Source: an uncultured Bacteroidales bacterium
Lineage (GTDB): Bacteria; Bacteroidota; Bacteroidia; Bacteroidales; JAADJA01
Assembly (NCBI GenBank): GCA_963840975.1
Contig: CAWJBC010000021.1
Location: 568,862 to 632,861, forward strand
Reading direction: 5' to 3'
DNA: 64,000 nucleotides
Part shown: piece after piece, positions 21,992 to 33,673 of the stretch
How positions within the stretch are numbered: the first letter of the stretch is position 1
Layout of the letters: the number at the start of each line of letters is the position of its first letter
Position numbers and translations under genes: made by a program
The notes under the pieces: generated by a model
Seen by the model: only the letters and a program-made list of their open reading frames with translations
Told to the model about the DNA's origin: nothing
Databases searched by the model: none

Positions 21992-22125
21992 GAATGAAAC
22001 CACAAGGCAAATTTTGGAAACTTATTCCGCAGTAGAGATGAGGAGTATTAAACCTTCCGCCTGCGGCGGGATTGTTCAACTTATGCCACAGGCATCCATA
22101 AGGGACAAATTTCTCCTAATGAGTC
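21992..22125 (+). repeat. dispersed ~115-135-nt intergenic element, copy 1
   Basis: The element GAAAC.ACAA.GCAA.TTTTGGAAACTTATTCCGC.GTAGAG...GGGATTGTTCAACTTA.GC...ACAAATTTCT is shared with 58955-59070 in the same orientation. Confidence 0.7.
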
Positions 22126-22216
22126 CTTCGGACAATGCACTGCGTTTTTATCCCGAATATCGGGATGAGTTTCACGAATAAAATCTAAATTTGTACATCT
22201 TTAAAATTGATCTTTA

Positions 22217-23740
22217 ATGAAAAACCGGCTCATCGAAATGTGGGAACAGCAGCCCCTGAAACTGATACTGTTAGTGGCAATATTGTTGCGCCTTGTGGCA
22301 GCCATCTTTTCGAAGGGGTATGGTATGCACGATGATCATTTTCTGGTTCTTGAGCCTGCACAGTCGTGGGTTGACGGATACGACTACAACAAATGGCTTC
22401 CCGGAAGCAATGCTACTCCCAATCCTTCCGGTCACAGCTTTTTCTATGTCGGTGTCCACTATCTGATATTGCTTTTTATGAAGTACGCAGGTGTTTTCAA
22501 CCCGCAAACCAAAATGTTTATCATCCGTTTGCTACATGGGGCTTTCTCACTCATTACCGTTTATTTCGGGTACAGGATCACGTTAAAGCTTTCTGATCAG
22601 AAAACTGCACGGCTGACAGGTTTGTTGCTTGCTGTGTTATGGTTTATGCCCTTCCTCAGCGTCCGTAACCTTGTCGAAATAGTTTGCATTCCCTTTTTGA
22701 TTTATGGAACATGGCTGATCATTGATAACCTGGACAAGGAAAACCGCATGAAATATATCTTTTATGCAGGTTTAATCATCGGATTAGGCTTTTCAGTCCG
22801 GTTTCAAATCATCACCTTCGCCTTCGGGGTCGGTCTTGCATTACTTATAAAACTCAGGTGGAAAGAGGCATTACTTTACGGAGCCGGGTTTTTTCTTTCG
22901 GCTGTCGCCTTGCAGGGAGGCATTGACTATTTCGTTTGGGGCAAACCCTTCGTGGAGCTATCAGAATACATCCGGTACAATGCCGAAAATGCAACAGCTT
23001 ACATTACAAATTCGTGGTACAATTATATTTTGTTGATACTCGGAGCATTGATTCCTCCTGTGAGTATTTTTCTGTTTATCGGTTTTTTCAGGTCGTGGCG
23101 AAAGCAGCTCGTGCTTTTTCTACCGGCGTTTATATTTTTACTCTTTCATTCTGTTTTCCCCAACAAACAAGAGCGGTTCATCTTTCCGATCATACCTTTT
23201 ATTGTAATATTGGGAATGATCGGCTGGCAGGATTACCTGTTGAAGGGTAAGTTTTATAAACCCGGAGTAAAGTTCCTGAAAACTTCATGGATTATTTTCT
23301 GGCTAATAAACATTATTGTATTGTTTCCTGTTTCGGTAATGTATTCAAAAAAAGCACGGGTAGAAGCTATGTCGTTCTTGTCTCAATTTCAAAATGTCGA
23401 AAGGATTTTGGTCGAAAATTCGGTGAGCAATAACATTCCAATGAGCCCGGTTTTTTATACCGGTCAAAAGGTTTATGATTACTCGGTGACATCTGATAAT
23501 CCCCTGAGCAGCTTTTCGGAGAACGTAAGATTGGTGAGGGAATACCAGCCACGGTTTATCTTGTTTCTGGAACCTGAAAACCTCGATCGCCGTGTTTCCG
23601 CAATAAAAGAAGTGTACCCAAACATTGTTTATGAAACCACCATCAACCCGGGATTGATTGACAAAATATTGTACCAACTGAATCCGCGCAATGCAAATCA
23701 AACAATTGTAATTTATAGAAACAGGGATTTCTATCCTTAA
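22217..23740 (+). CDS. GT22/Alg9-like membrane mannosyltransferase family protein
   Basis: The 507-aa polytopic ORF has a first-loop motif GYGMHDDHFLVLEPAQSW, which resembles the HxDExFQxxE motif of the GT22/PMT_2 family by recall. Confidence 0.6.
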   Translation: MKNRLIEMWEQQPLKLILLVAILLRLVAAIFSKGYGMHDDHFLVLEPAQSWVDGYDYNKWLPGSNATPNPSGHSFFYVGVHYLILLFMKYAGVFNPQTKMFIIRLLHGAFSLITVYFGYRITLKLSDQKTARLTGLLLAVLWFMPFLSVRNLVEIVCIPFLIYGTWLIIDNLDKENRMKYIFYAGLIIGLGFSVRFQIITFAFGVGLALLIKLRWKEALLYGAGFFLSAVALQGGIDYFVWGKPFVELSEYIRYNAENATAYITNSWYNYILLILGALIPPVSIFLFIGFFRSWRKQLVLFLPAFIFLLFHSVFPNKQERFIFPIIPFIVILGMIGWQDYLLKGKFYKPGVKFLKTSWIIFWLINIIVLFPVSVMYSKKARVEAMSFLSQFQNVERILVENSVSNNIPMSPVFYTGQKVYDYSVTSDNPLSSFSENVRLVREYQPRFILFLEPENLDRRVSAIKEVYPNIVYETTINPGLIDKILYQLNPRNANQTIVIYRNRDFYP

Positions 23741-25797
<2,057 letters not shown>

Positions 25798-25970
25798 TTC
25801 GAGGTTTGACCCGCCCGACTGAACTCCGTCAGCCGTTCGGGCGGGAGTTGGAGATTCGAAGATTGACCATGCCTAAAAAAGGTTGACCGGCTTGGAAAAG
25901 TTCTAACCACAAGGTACACAATGGCTTTACACCAGGGGCACAAGAAAAAAGGTAACTCCTGAGAAGTGTG

Positions 25971-26240
25971 TTGCACGCAGAGGCGCGGAGGAATGATGAA
26001 GATTTTTGAAATTGGATTGGGCTGAGAATGATTTTAGGGAGGAGGTAGTCATGAAGACAATGCCCAACTAGTTCAAAAGGCTCCGTTAGGAGCGAAATGT
26101 TGGTAGAAAATAATGTCCTAATAAATTTTTACAGCGCCGTAGGTGCTGAATGTTTTTGTTGCACGCAGAGGCGCGGAGTCGCAGGGGAAAAATGATGATT
26201 TTCTGGAAGGATGCGGTTTTAGAGACTATGCCCAATAAGG
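25971..26240. repeat. two degenerate direct repeats headed by TTGCACGCAGAGGCGCGGAG, with REP-type hairpins between them
   Basis: An identical 20-mer lies at 25971-25990 and 26159-26178, and both tails share AATGATGA..TTTTAG..ATGCCCAA. The hairpins GCTCCGTTAGGAGC (26080-26093) and AGCGCCGTAGGTGCT (26133-26147) lie between them. Confidence 0.7.
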
Positions 26241-26654
26241 GATTACGAGGCGGATTTGGAGAGGAGAATCATTAAATCTTATCATATCTCATATCGGATT
26301 TTCAGGAAAGTTCATTCAGAAATGCATTTTCAGGACAAGACAACGCGAAAAACATTCGCCCAACCAACGATTCGACCGGCTCATTGCAGGTTTCAAGTAT
26401 CACCTCCCTAATCCCACCTTAAAGGAGGGAGTGAAAAACGAAGGAGATACCCACTCCCAAGCAAGAAAGTCTGCATAAACACTAAAGCATTAAAAAGATT
26501 TCAGTAACTCCCTGGAAAGCATCACGTATAACTATATGAAGAAGGCAAAGAAAGACATTATGATAAGATAGTGCCAAAAAATTTAAGTTTTGATGCCTGA
26601 CTGAAAACATAAAATAAATTATTGAAGACATCAAAAAACTTAATTCTTTGTCCG

Positions 26655-28279
26655 ATGAAAAAAGCAATCCTTTCATTCGCTGCAATTTTTGCTATCTCTT
26701 ATTTTTGTTCTGCACAAACCATAATTCCTGCAGGAAACGTCAGCGGAACCTGGTCACTTACCGGCTCACCTTATCTCATTGAGGGTGCAATTATGATACC
26801 CGACGGCTCCACGCTTAACATTGAGCCTGGAGTTACTGTGGATTTTCAAGGCGCTTACAAACTATACGTTCAGGGTCGTTTGCTTGCCATTGGAACGGTT
26901 GCCGATACAATAACTTTTACTTCTGCCGACACCACCAATGGATGGATAGGGATACAATTTGATAATACACCATCAACTAACGACACTTCCAAATTCTTTT
27001 ATTGCAAATTGCAATTCAGCAAAGCTACCGGCAGTAGCGGAGCTTTTTATCTTGTTGGTTTCTCCAAAGCAATTATTTCCAACAGCCTCATCTCTAATTG
27101 TATATCAAATGCATATCCAGGTGGAGGAGGAATTCTTTGTTCCGGAAGCAGTCCGATCATTACCAATAATACTATTTCGCACAACACCTCAGCCTTTGGT
27201 GGTGGTGCTATCTGTTGTGAAAACGGACATCCCACAATTACCAACAATATTATTTCGTACAACTCAACACCAGGCAGTGGCGGCGGAATTAATTGTTTTG
27301 GTATTTATAATGCCAGCAACGCGATTATTTCGAACAACATCATTTCACACAATTCGGCTTCTAATGGTGGCGGAATTTCCAGTTTTAATAACAGCCCGAT
27401 AATTACCAACAACTTCATATCAAACAATACGGCTTCTAATGGTGGTGGAATTAGCTGCGGTAGCGACGGAACTCCGAATATTTCCAGCAATACAATTTCG
27501 AACAATACGGCATCTGAAAGTGGTGGTGGGATTTATTGTGATTACACTTACGCCAGCCCGGCTTTTACAAACAATACCGTTGTCAACAACAGTGCTGCAA
27601 AAGGAGGTGCATTGTCTTGTTTTTTGTACAGTAATGTTAGCCTTTACAACACAATTTTGTGGGGCAATACTGCCAGTACAAGCGGACCGCAGGTTTATTT
27701 AGATGATGAAAACAGTGACCCCGGTTTCTATTATTGCGATGTACAGGGAGGCATAGCCGAAATTCGGTCTTAATTACGGCATCTTCTACACTGGTGTTTT
27801 TCATAATAATTTAGACACAATCCCTTTGTTCGTTTCGCCTTCAGCAGGAAGTGGCACAGAATTTAATGGAGTAACAAGCAATTGGTCTTTACAGGAAGCA
27901 TCACCATGCATAAACACAGGTACACCCGATACGACGGGTCTCGGTTTAACGGTTTTTGATTTAGCCGGAAACCCACGCATAAAAGGTGGTTGCATTGATA
28001 TGGGATGCATACGAATATCAGTCTCCTGATTTTATTAATGAAGTCAGAAGCAATATTGCAATGGACATTTATCCCAATCCAGCACTCAATTCTATTACAA
28101 TTGAAATTTCGAAAAATTCCGAAATAGAAATTTTAAATATCAATGGACATATTGTAAAAACAATTTATAATTACGAGAAAAATTCAACCATTGATTTAAG
28201 AAATTTATCAGGTGGAGTCTATCTAATAAAAGCAAAAACTGACAAAGGAATCGCTATAAAGAAATTTATAAAAGAGTAG
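26655..28279 (+). CDS. right-handed parallel beta-helix repeat protein with T9SS C-terminal sorting domain; two frame disruptions (~27760, ~28006) as assembled
   Basis: The signal peptide is MKKAILSFAAIFAISYFCSAQ, and repeats of the form ITNNxISxNxAxxGGGI follow. The three ORF pieces 26622..27773, 27826..28029 and 27986..28279 join as GGIAE|FGLNYG and IDMG|AYEYQSPD. The CTD reads IYPNPALNSITIEI...GVYLIKAKTDKG. The span is 1625 nt (3n+2). Confidence 0.8.
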
Positions 28280-28414
28280 CAGACAAGAGCATAAAAGCAT
28301 TTTCCATTCATTGGAAGGTAGGGGTTTGCATTGACAGAGAGGATATAACAAGGATGTTGCTAAAAGGTAATGTCTTCATTTCAGATTTTTCGGAACAGAC
28401 ACAATCATAAAAAA

Positions 28415-28432
28415 AGCCGGGCGAACCCGGCT
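28415..28432. terminator. bidirectional rho-independent terminator
   Basis: The hairpin AGCCGGG-CGAA-CCCGGCT is flanked by an A-run upstream and CTTTTTC downstream. It lies between gene ends at 28279 (+) and 28440 (-). Confidence 0.75.
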
Positions 28433-28439
28433 CTTTTTC

Positions 28440-29273
28440 TTATTTAAAGATCACCTCCCAATTGTACTTTCGGGGGTTGATGCACATCACCGGTATTTGC
28501 GAAGTGTTAAAAATCATTTCTTCATCGTAACTGCCAAGGATGAATTTGGTAAAACTCTTATCCGGGTTGGTCATGATCATGATCATGTCGGTAACATTGG
28601 CAGTAGCATAATCAATTACGCTTTTCGAGAAATTACTTCCATCCGCCTTAGAGATCGAATATTTTACACCCTCTTTTTCAAAGTGATTGGTAATGATCTT
28701 AACGGCATCATTCAATTCCGGAGTGTCAATCTGGTAAATGTGGATATGAGCGTCAAAGTTCTTTGCAATAAAACTTGCCCAGGTTGTTTTTTCCCAGGGA
28801 CCTGCATCAGAAGTTATCGGCAACACTATCTTTTTGTATCCTTCGGCGAAGGGTCGCTTTTGAACCACTACCACCGGAACCGGCGATGCAGTTACTACTT
28901 TCAGTGCAAAGCTGCCTGTTAATTTTTGCATTCCAACCTTGCCGTGCGTACCTAAGTACACAATGGATGCGCCCAGGTCCTTTGCCACCTCGCTGATGGT
29001 AGTAAAAATATCCCCTTCGATGGCGTGGGTCTCTGTTGTTACACCAAAATCGGCTTTTATTTTATCGGCTATGGTTTTCAGTTTTCCTGTAACTGAACCG
29101 GAATCTTCATGGCTTTTTTTAAGTTGCGCTTTTGTGTTTTTATCAATTACATGCAGCAGTGCAAGGTTATATTTCAGGTATCTGGCGGCTGCGGCAGCCT
29201 GATTCATTGCGTTTTCGCATACTTCCGAAAAATCAGTCGGAACCAGGATGATCTTATTCATTGTTGTGTCCAT
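28440..29273 (-). CDS. universal stress protein (tandem UspA domains)
   Basis: The 277-aa ORF has two Usp-like halves (ILVPTDFSEVCENAM...GTHGKVGMQKLTGSFALKVV and a second copy). Confidence 0.8.
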   Translation of the reverse strand: MDTTMNKIILVPTDFSEVCENAMNQAAAAARYLKYNLALLHVIDKNTKAQLKKSHEDSGSVTGKLKTIADKIKADFGVTTETHAIEGDIFTTISEVAKDLGASIVYLGTHGKVGMQKLTGSFALKVVTASPVPVVVVQKRPFAEGYKKIVLPITSDAGPWEKTTWASFIAKNFDAHIHIYQIDTPELNDAVKIITNHFEKEGVKYSISKADGSNFSKSVIDYATANVTDMIMIMTNPDKSFTKFILGSYDEEMIFNTSQIPVMCINPRKYNWEVIFK

Positions 29274-29350
29274 AAATTTTTATTTTGGGGTACTCCTATA
29301 TATTTGCAAACAAAAGTAAATATTTTTTGAAACGAAAAATGAAGCGTGTG

Positions 29351-29938
29351 TTATTTTTTTAAACACAACAGCGTTTCCAGTTGACGGATATTATCCTGTT
29401 TTGCTTCTTCCCTCAGTTTAGTTGCCGAAGCTGTAAAATATCTGTGGTTTTTAATAAATCTCAATTGCACCTCATGCCACTCGCGTATAGTGGAAATTTT
29501 TCCCCGTAACTTCCATTCATACTGAAGTTTTTGTCCCGTAAAGAAAATATCGTCCCGACCCAGGTAATCCAGGTCGGCGTCGGCCATGATCATTTCAAGG
29601 TGGTTTTTAGGTGTTTGAGGGATTTCGGTGCATTTTATCAGCCCCTCAACAATTTGAATATCTTCTTCGGAATACTCATAACCGGGTAAAACCTCTCTCG
29701 CTATCTTTATCGAGGCATTCTCATGTCCATCATAAGTTTCGCAAAACCCCAGGTCGTGAAACAAGGCGCCGGTCTTCAGGAGCATCAGTTCATGCCCGTT
29801 CACATTCTCCATTGCAGCAAGCCTGCCAGCGGCATCCAACACATCCAGCGTATGCTCGATGGAATGGTAGTAGAGTAGGGGACTCAGCTCCTTCCGGAGT
29901 TTCTCAATAACAAATCGTTTTACACCTTCAAAATCCAT
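29351..29938 (-). CDS. HD-domain phosphohydrolase
   Basis: The 195-aa ORF has YHSIEHTLDV...ALFHDLGF...ADADLDYLGR, an HD motif pattern. Confidence 0.75.
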   Translation of the reverse strand: MDFEGVKRFVIEKLRKELSPLLYYHSIEHTLDVLDAAGRLAAMENVNGHELMLLKTGALFHDLGFCETYDGHENASIKIAREVLPGYEYSEEDIQIVEGLIKCTEIPQTPKNHLEMIMADADLDYLGRDDIFFTGQKLQYEWKLRGKISTIREWHEVQLRFIKNHRYFTASATKLREEAKQDNIRQLETLLCLKK

Positions 29939-29997
29939 TTCATTGTATTATAAAAAATTGCAAAAGTAAATTAAACGTTTTACAGGTAATAAAGTTT

Positions 29998-32103
29998 TTA
30001 ATTCCATGAAATCGTTTCAATTCCATCCCAGTCAACCGGTACGCCATTGGATATAAAATTCCTGCACCGTCCGATGTAAATCTCCGCCGTCCGGTCGTGG
30101 TTATTGATCGCCAAAACCTCTTCAAATACCTTCAGCGCTTCGCTGAAATGTTGGGCTTTATAAAGGTTAACTGCTTTTGTGAAAGCGTCTTTGGTTTTCA
30201 GTTTGAGTTGGCGAATGTCGTCAGGATCGCCATCAATGATCTCGAAAATATACACTGCTTCCGATTTTCCTTTCACTTTTACGATGTCGAGAAAACGATA
30301 ATGATAATGCGATGGATTGTTCAGGCTGATGAGTGTATCCTGGCTGATGATGATTGCGCTGCCGTATATTTTGGTAAGCCCTTCAAGCCTGGCGGCAAGG
30401 TTGACGGCATCTGAAATCACTGTGCTGTCCATCCTGCCCTCTCCACCGACTATCCCCAGCATCAGCGAACCACTGTGAATCCCGATTCCGCTTTCAACTA
30501 TTGGTTTGTCGAACTGGTCCATCACCTGGTTGAACTGCGAAAGTTTGATCCTCATCTCGATCGCTGCATTGATTGCATCTTCGGCATTCATCCCGAACAA
30601 CGCCATGATGGAGTCGCCGATGTATTTGTCAATAAAACCGTTATTGTTCCTGATCACCGGTTCCATATAGCCCAGGTAATAATTGATAAAATCAAAGTTT
30701 TCCTTGGGTGTCATCTGTTCCGAAATCTCAGTGAAGGATCTTATATCGCTGAACATAACCGTCATTTCCTTCTGAACCTGATCGCCCAGTTTAATATCCA
30801 CATAGCTTTCCTTACCTAAAAAATCGAGAAATTGTTTGGGTACAAAGCGTGAATAAGCTTCGGTCATATTTGAAATATTCTGAATATACTCGCCGAGTTT
30901 ATGGGTCATGTCGTTGTAGCCTTCGGTCAGTTCGCCAATCTCGTCGTTGGTTCTTACTATCCCGAAATTATTCAGTTCGCCCCGTCCGGTTTTTCGCATA
31001 TTATCCAGCAATTCCTTAACAGGGTGAACGATGTCCTGCGTGGTCCATTTCACAAAAAAGATGATGTAAATAAATACGATGAAAATACTTCCGTAAATAC
31101 CGATAAACATTACAAAACTGTTGATTGCATTGATGTAAAACATTGACGATGGCGCTTTGAAGACACCGTTATCATCAGTAAAGATATCGTTGAACAAGCT
31201 GTAATCGCCAAAAAGTATCTTTTTCTGTTCATCATTGTAAGTTAATATTTTCAGTTCATCAAGGTAGGTAATGCTCAGGAAAAGATAGAGAATTACGATG
31301 GTTAACGGGAGCAGGGTGGTTACCATCGCCGATATGATCATGCGGTTCCTGATCCTTCCAACTTTCAGGTTGAATATCCTTTTGCGCAGTTCTTCTTCCG
31401 TAAAAATGTAATGGATATAACGAATGTGCACCCTGTGTTTTTCCCAGTAATAAATAAATATCAGCGAAAGGATGGAAGCGATAAGCGAGATAAAAAAGAA
31501 ATTGACAAAACGGCTTCTTTCTATCTCTGTTGTAACCTCATTGCTGATGTATAAAGCATAAAACATATAAATATGCACGATGATAAACGTAATGCCGATT
31601 ATACCCGCATTGATCAGCGGAGATTTGAGCAGGAACCGTTTGCAAAACTTAAATAGTTTGGGCGAAACCTGCCTTCCTTTTCTGATCCGTGAAAAGTATC
31701 GTTTGAAAGGCAGGTTGAAAATAAATCCCAGAAAAAAACTGATGAGTAAAAGGTTGAAAAGCAGATTGAATGAACGGCTTATCTGGCGGCTTTCACCGGT
31801 ATCGGGTTCCAGTCCCTCACCCTCGATTGTAATACCTTTACTTGGACTGATGTTGATCTGTTTGTTTTGGACGCTATCTGTTGCCTGCCCGGTCGCATTT
31901 CCTGCATTATCTTTAAGAGAATCCGTTATAGCCAACATACTTTTCGGTTGGACTATAGCTTTTTTCACGGTATCACTTATCCTGCCAAGCGTGTCGAAGG
32001 GAATTTCCGGGAAATTACGGCGGATTATTTTATCTTCATTGAATTTAGGGGCGTATTTGATGTACAGGATGAGGATAAAAGGGAGTACAAGACCATAATA
32101 CAA
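29998..32103 (-). CDS. membrane-bound class III adenylate/guanylate cyclase with HAMP and a C-terminal TPR-like tail
   Basis: The 701-aa ORF has TM segments and a HAMP-like linker. Its cyclase core reads MTVMFSDIRSFTEISEQM...DKYIGDSIMALFG...GIHSGSLMLGIVGG...VISDAVNLAARLE. Confidence 0.85.
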   Translation of the reverse strand: MYYGLVLPFILILYIKYAPKFNEDKIIRRNFPEIPFDTLGRISDTVKKAIVQPKSMLAITDSLKDNAGNATGQATDSVQNKQINISPSKGITIEGEGLEPDTGESRQISRSFNLLFNLLLISFFLGFIFNLPFKRYFSRIRKGRQVSPKLFKFCKRFLLKSPLINAGIIGITFIIVHIYMFYALYISNEVTTEIERSRFVNFFFISLIASILSLIFIYYWEKHRVHIRYIHYIFTEEELRKRIFNLKVGRIRNRMIISAMVTTLLPLTIVILYLFLSITYLDELKILTYNDEQKKILFGDYSLFNDIFTDDNGVFKAPSSMFYINAINSFVMFIGIYGSIFIVFIYIIFFVKWTTQDIVHPVKELLDNMRKTGRGELNNFGIVRTNDEIGELTEGYNDMTHKLGEYIQNISNMTEAYSRFVPKQFLDFLGKESYVDIKLGDQVQKEMTVMFSDIRSFTEISEQMTPKENFDFINYYLGYMEPVIRNNNGFIDKYIGDSIMALFGMNAEDAINAAIEMRIKLSQFNQVMDQFDKPIVESGIGIHSGSLMLGIVGGEGRMDSTVISDAVNLAARLEGLTKIYGSAIIISQDTLISLNNPSHYHYRFLDIVKVKGKSEAVYIFEIIDGDPDDIRQLKLKTKDAFTKAVNLYKAQHFSEALKVFEEVLAINNHDRTAEIYIGRCRNFISNGVPVDWDGIETISWN

Positions 32104-32394
32104 GTGTTATGGATGAAAGGTAAATCCTTAATCCATGAAAGCGAGGCACTTTTTTTACAGGTTTGATACCCATCCTTCAAAATTTATTCAAAGAAACTAA
32201 ATTTTTTAATTGGATGCACCCGATTACTGAATACAATTTTCTTAAAAATACTTCGCTTTATTGTTCACTGCTAATTATTGCGAGATTTTTTCAAAAGTTG
32301 ACCCTGTCAAGAAGGTTTGCATTAATTATTTATTTTTGAGGTTTGGGAGCAGACTCAAAATCTGGAATGACAATGTTGTTTAAACAAAGGACTT

Positions 32395-32907
32395 ATGATG
32401 AAATTCAGGGAATTGCATGTTAATAAAATACAGGACAATGTATTTGACCTGATCGGCGGGCAATGGATGCTGATCACCGCCGGGACAAAGGATAACTTCA
32501 ATACCATGACCGCATCGTGGGGCGGACTTGGCTTTCTCTGGAATATGCCAGTGGCATTTATATTTATCCGACCTCAGCGGTTTACTTTTCAGTTTGTTGA
32601 ATCAAATCCTTTTTTCACGCTCACTTTTTTTGATGCAAAGTATAAAAACATCCTCAATTATTGCGGTTCGCATTCAGGCAAAGATGTTGACAAAATAAAA
32701 GAGTGCGGGATGACACCGCTGATTACTGAAGAAGGTAATGTCTATTTTGAAGAGGCAAAAATGGTTCTTGAATGTTCAAAACTTTATCATGGCGATATTG
32801 ATCCACGCAACTTTGCTGATGCAAAGATTCAGCGGAACTATCCGAATCATGATTATCACCGGATGTACATCGGGAAGATTAACAGGTGCCAGGAAAAAAT
32901 TAAATAA
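32395..32907 (+). CDS. flavin reductase-like (FMN-binding split-barrel) protein
   Basis: The 170-aa ORF has LITAGTKDNFNTMTASWGGLGFLWNMPVAFIFIRPQRFT, typical of the family by recall. Confidence 0.7.
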   Translation: MMKFRELHVNKIQDNVFDLIGGQWMLITAGTKDNFNTMTASWGGLGFLWNMPVAFIFIRPQRFTFQFVESNPFFTLTFFDAKYKNILNYCGSHSGKDVDKIKECGMTPLITEEGNVYFEEAKMVLECSKLYHGDIDPRNFADAKIQRNYPNHDYHRMYIGKINRCQEKIK

Positions 32908-32972
32908 AACTTTTTTATCAACAATTGAGTATAATATATTAATTTTGAATGTTTAATCCCGGATAATTTATT

Positions 32973-33545
32973 ATGGGTGGTATAATAGAAAATATCAAAC
33001 GGTCAGCAGCCAACTATGTCCTTCGTAAGAAACTGGGCAAGATGAACCGTGATAAAAAGATGGTGAACCTGCATAATGCACGCACCATAGGTATCATTTA
33101 CAATGTAAATAGCCAAACCACTTTTCAAATCGTTAAAACACTGGTAAAAGATCTTACTTCGCGTCAGCGGCAGGTGATGGCTATTGGTTTTGTGAACCGA
33201 AAATCCATTCCAAACTATTGCATCGCTGCCAACTCAGGCTACCATTTTAACCTCCGCGATTTAAACTGGTATGGCGCTCCTAAGAATGATTATGTTCATG
33301 AATTCATCAATAAGGAATTTGATATTCTGATTGACCTGAGCCTTGACGACCTTTTTATTTTCAAATACATTGCAGGTTTGTCGCGATCGAAGTTTAAAGT
33401 GGGTCGCCACAACGATGCCCACCTCGATTGCTTCGATCTTTTAATTAAAATGGAACCCAATGTCAGCCTCGAAGCGCTGATCGAGCAGATCATCCATTAC
33501 CTTGTCGTACTGAAATCTCCTGAACAAAAAGCAGCTTCTGGTTAA
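32973..33545 (+). CDS. hypothetical protein
   Basis: The 190-aa ORF has no overlap with better ORFs, and I recognise no motif. Confidence 0.5.
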   Translation: MGGIIENIKRSAANYVLRKKLGKMNRDKKMVNLHNARTIGIIYNVNSQTTFQIVKTLVKDLTSRQRQVMAIGFVNRKSIPNYCIAANSGYHFNLRDLNWYGAPKNDYVHEFINKEFDILIDLSLDDLFIFKYIAGLSRSKFKVGRHNDAHLDCFDLLIKMEPNVSLEALIEQIIHYLVVLKSPEQKAASG

Positions 33546-33673
33546 GAGTCTTGCATCTCCAAACAGCTTTTTATAATTCATTCCACAGGCAACCTTTTAC
33601 AGGTTAGCGCTGTCAAATCAGCAAAAAAATAAAGTCATATTTCTTTTATTGAATCAGTTAAAATTCGTTTAAA

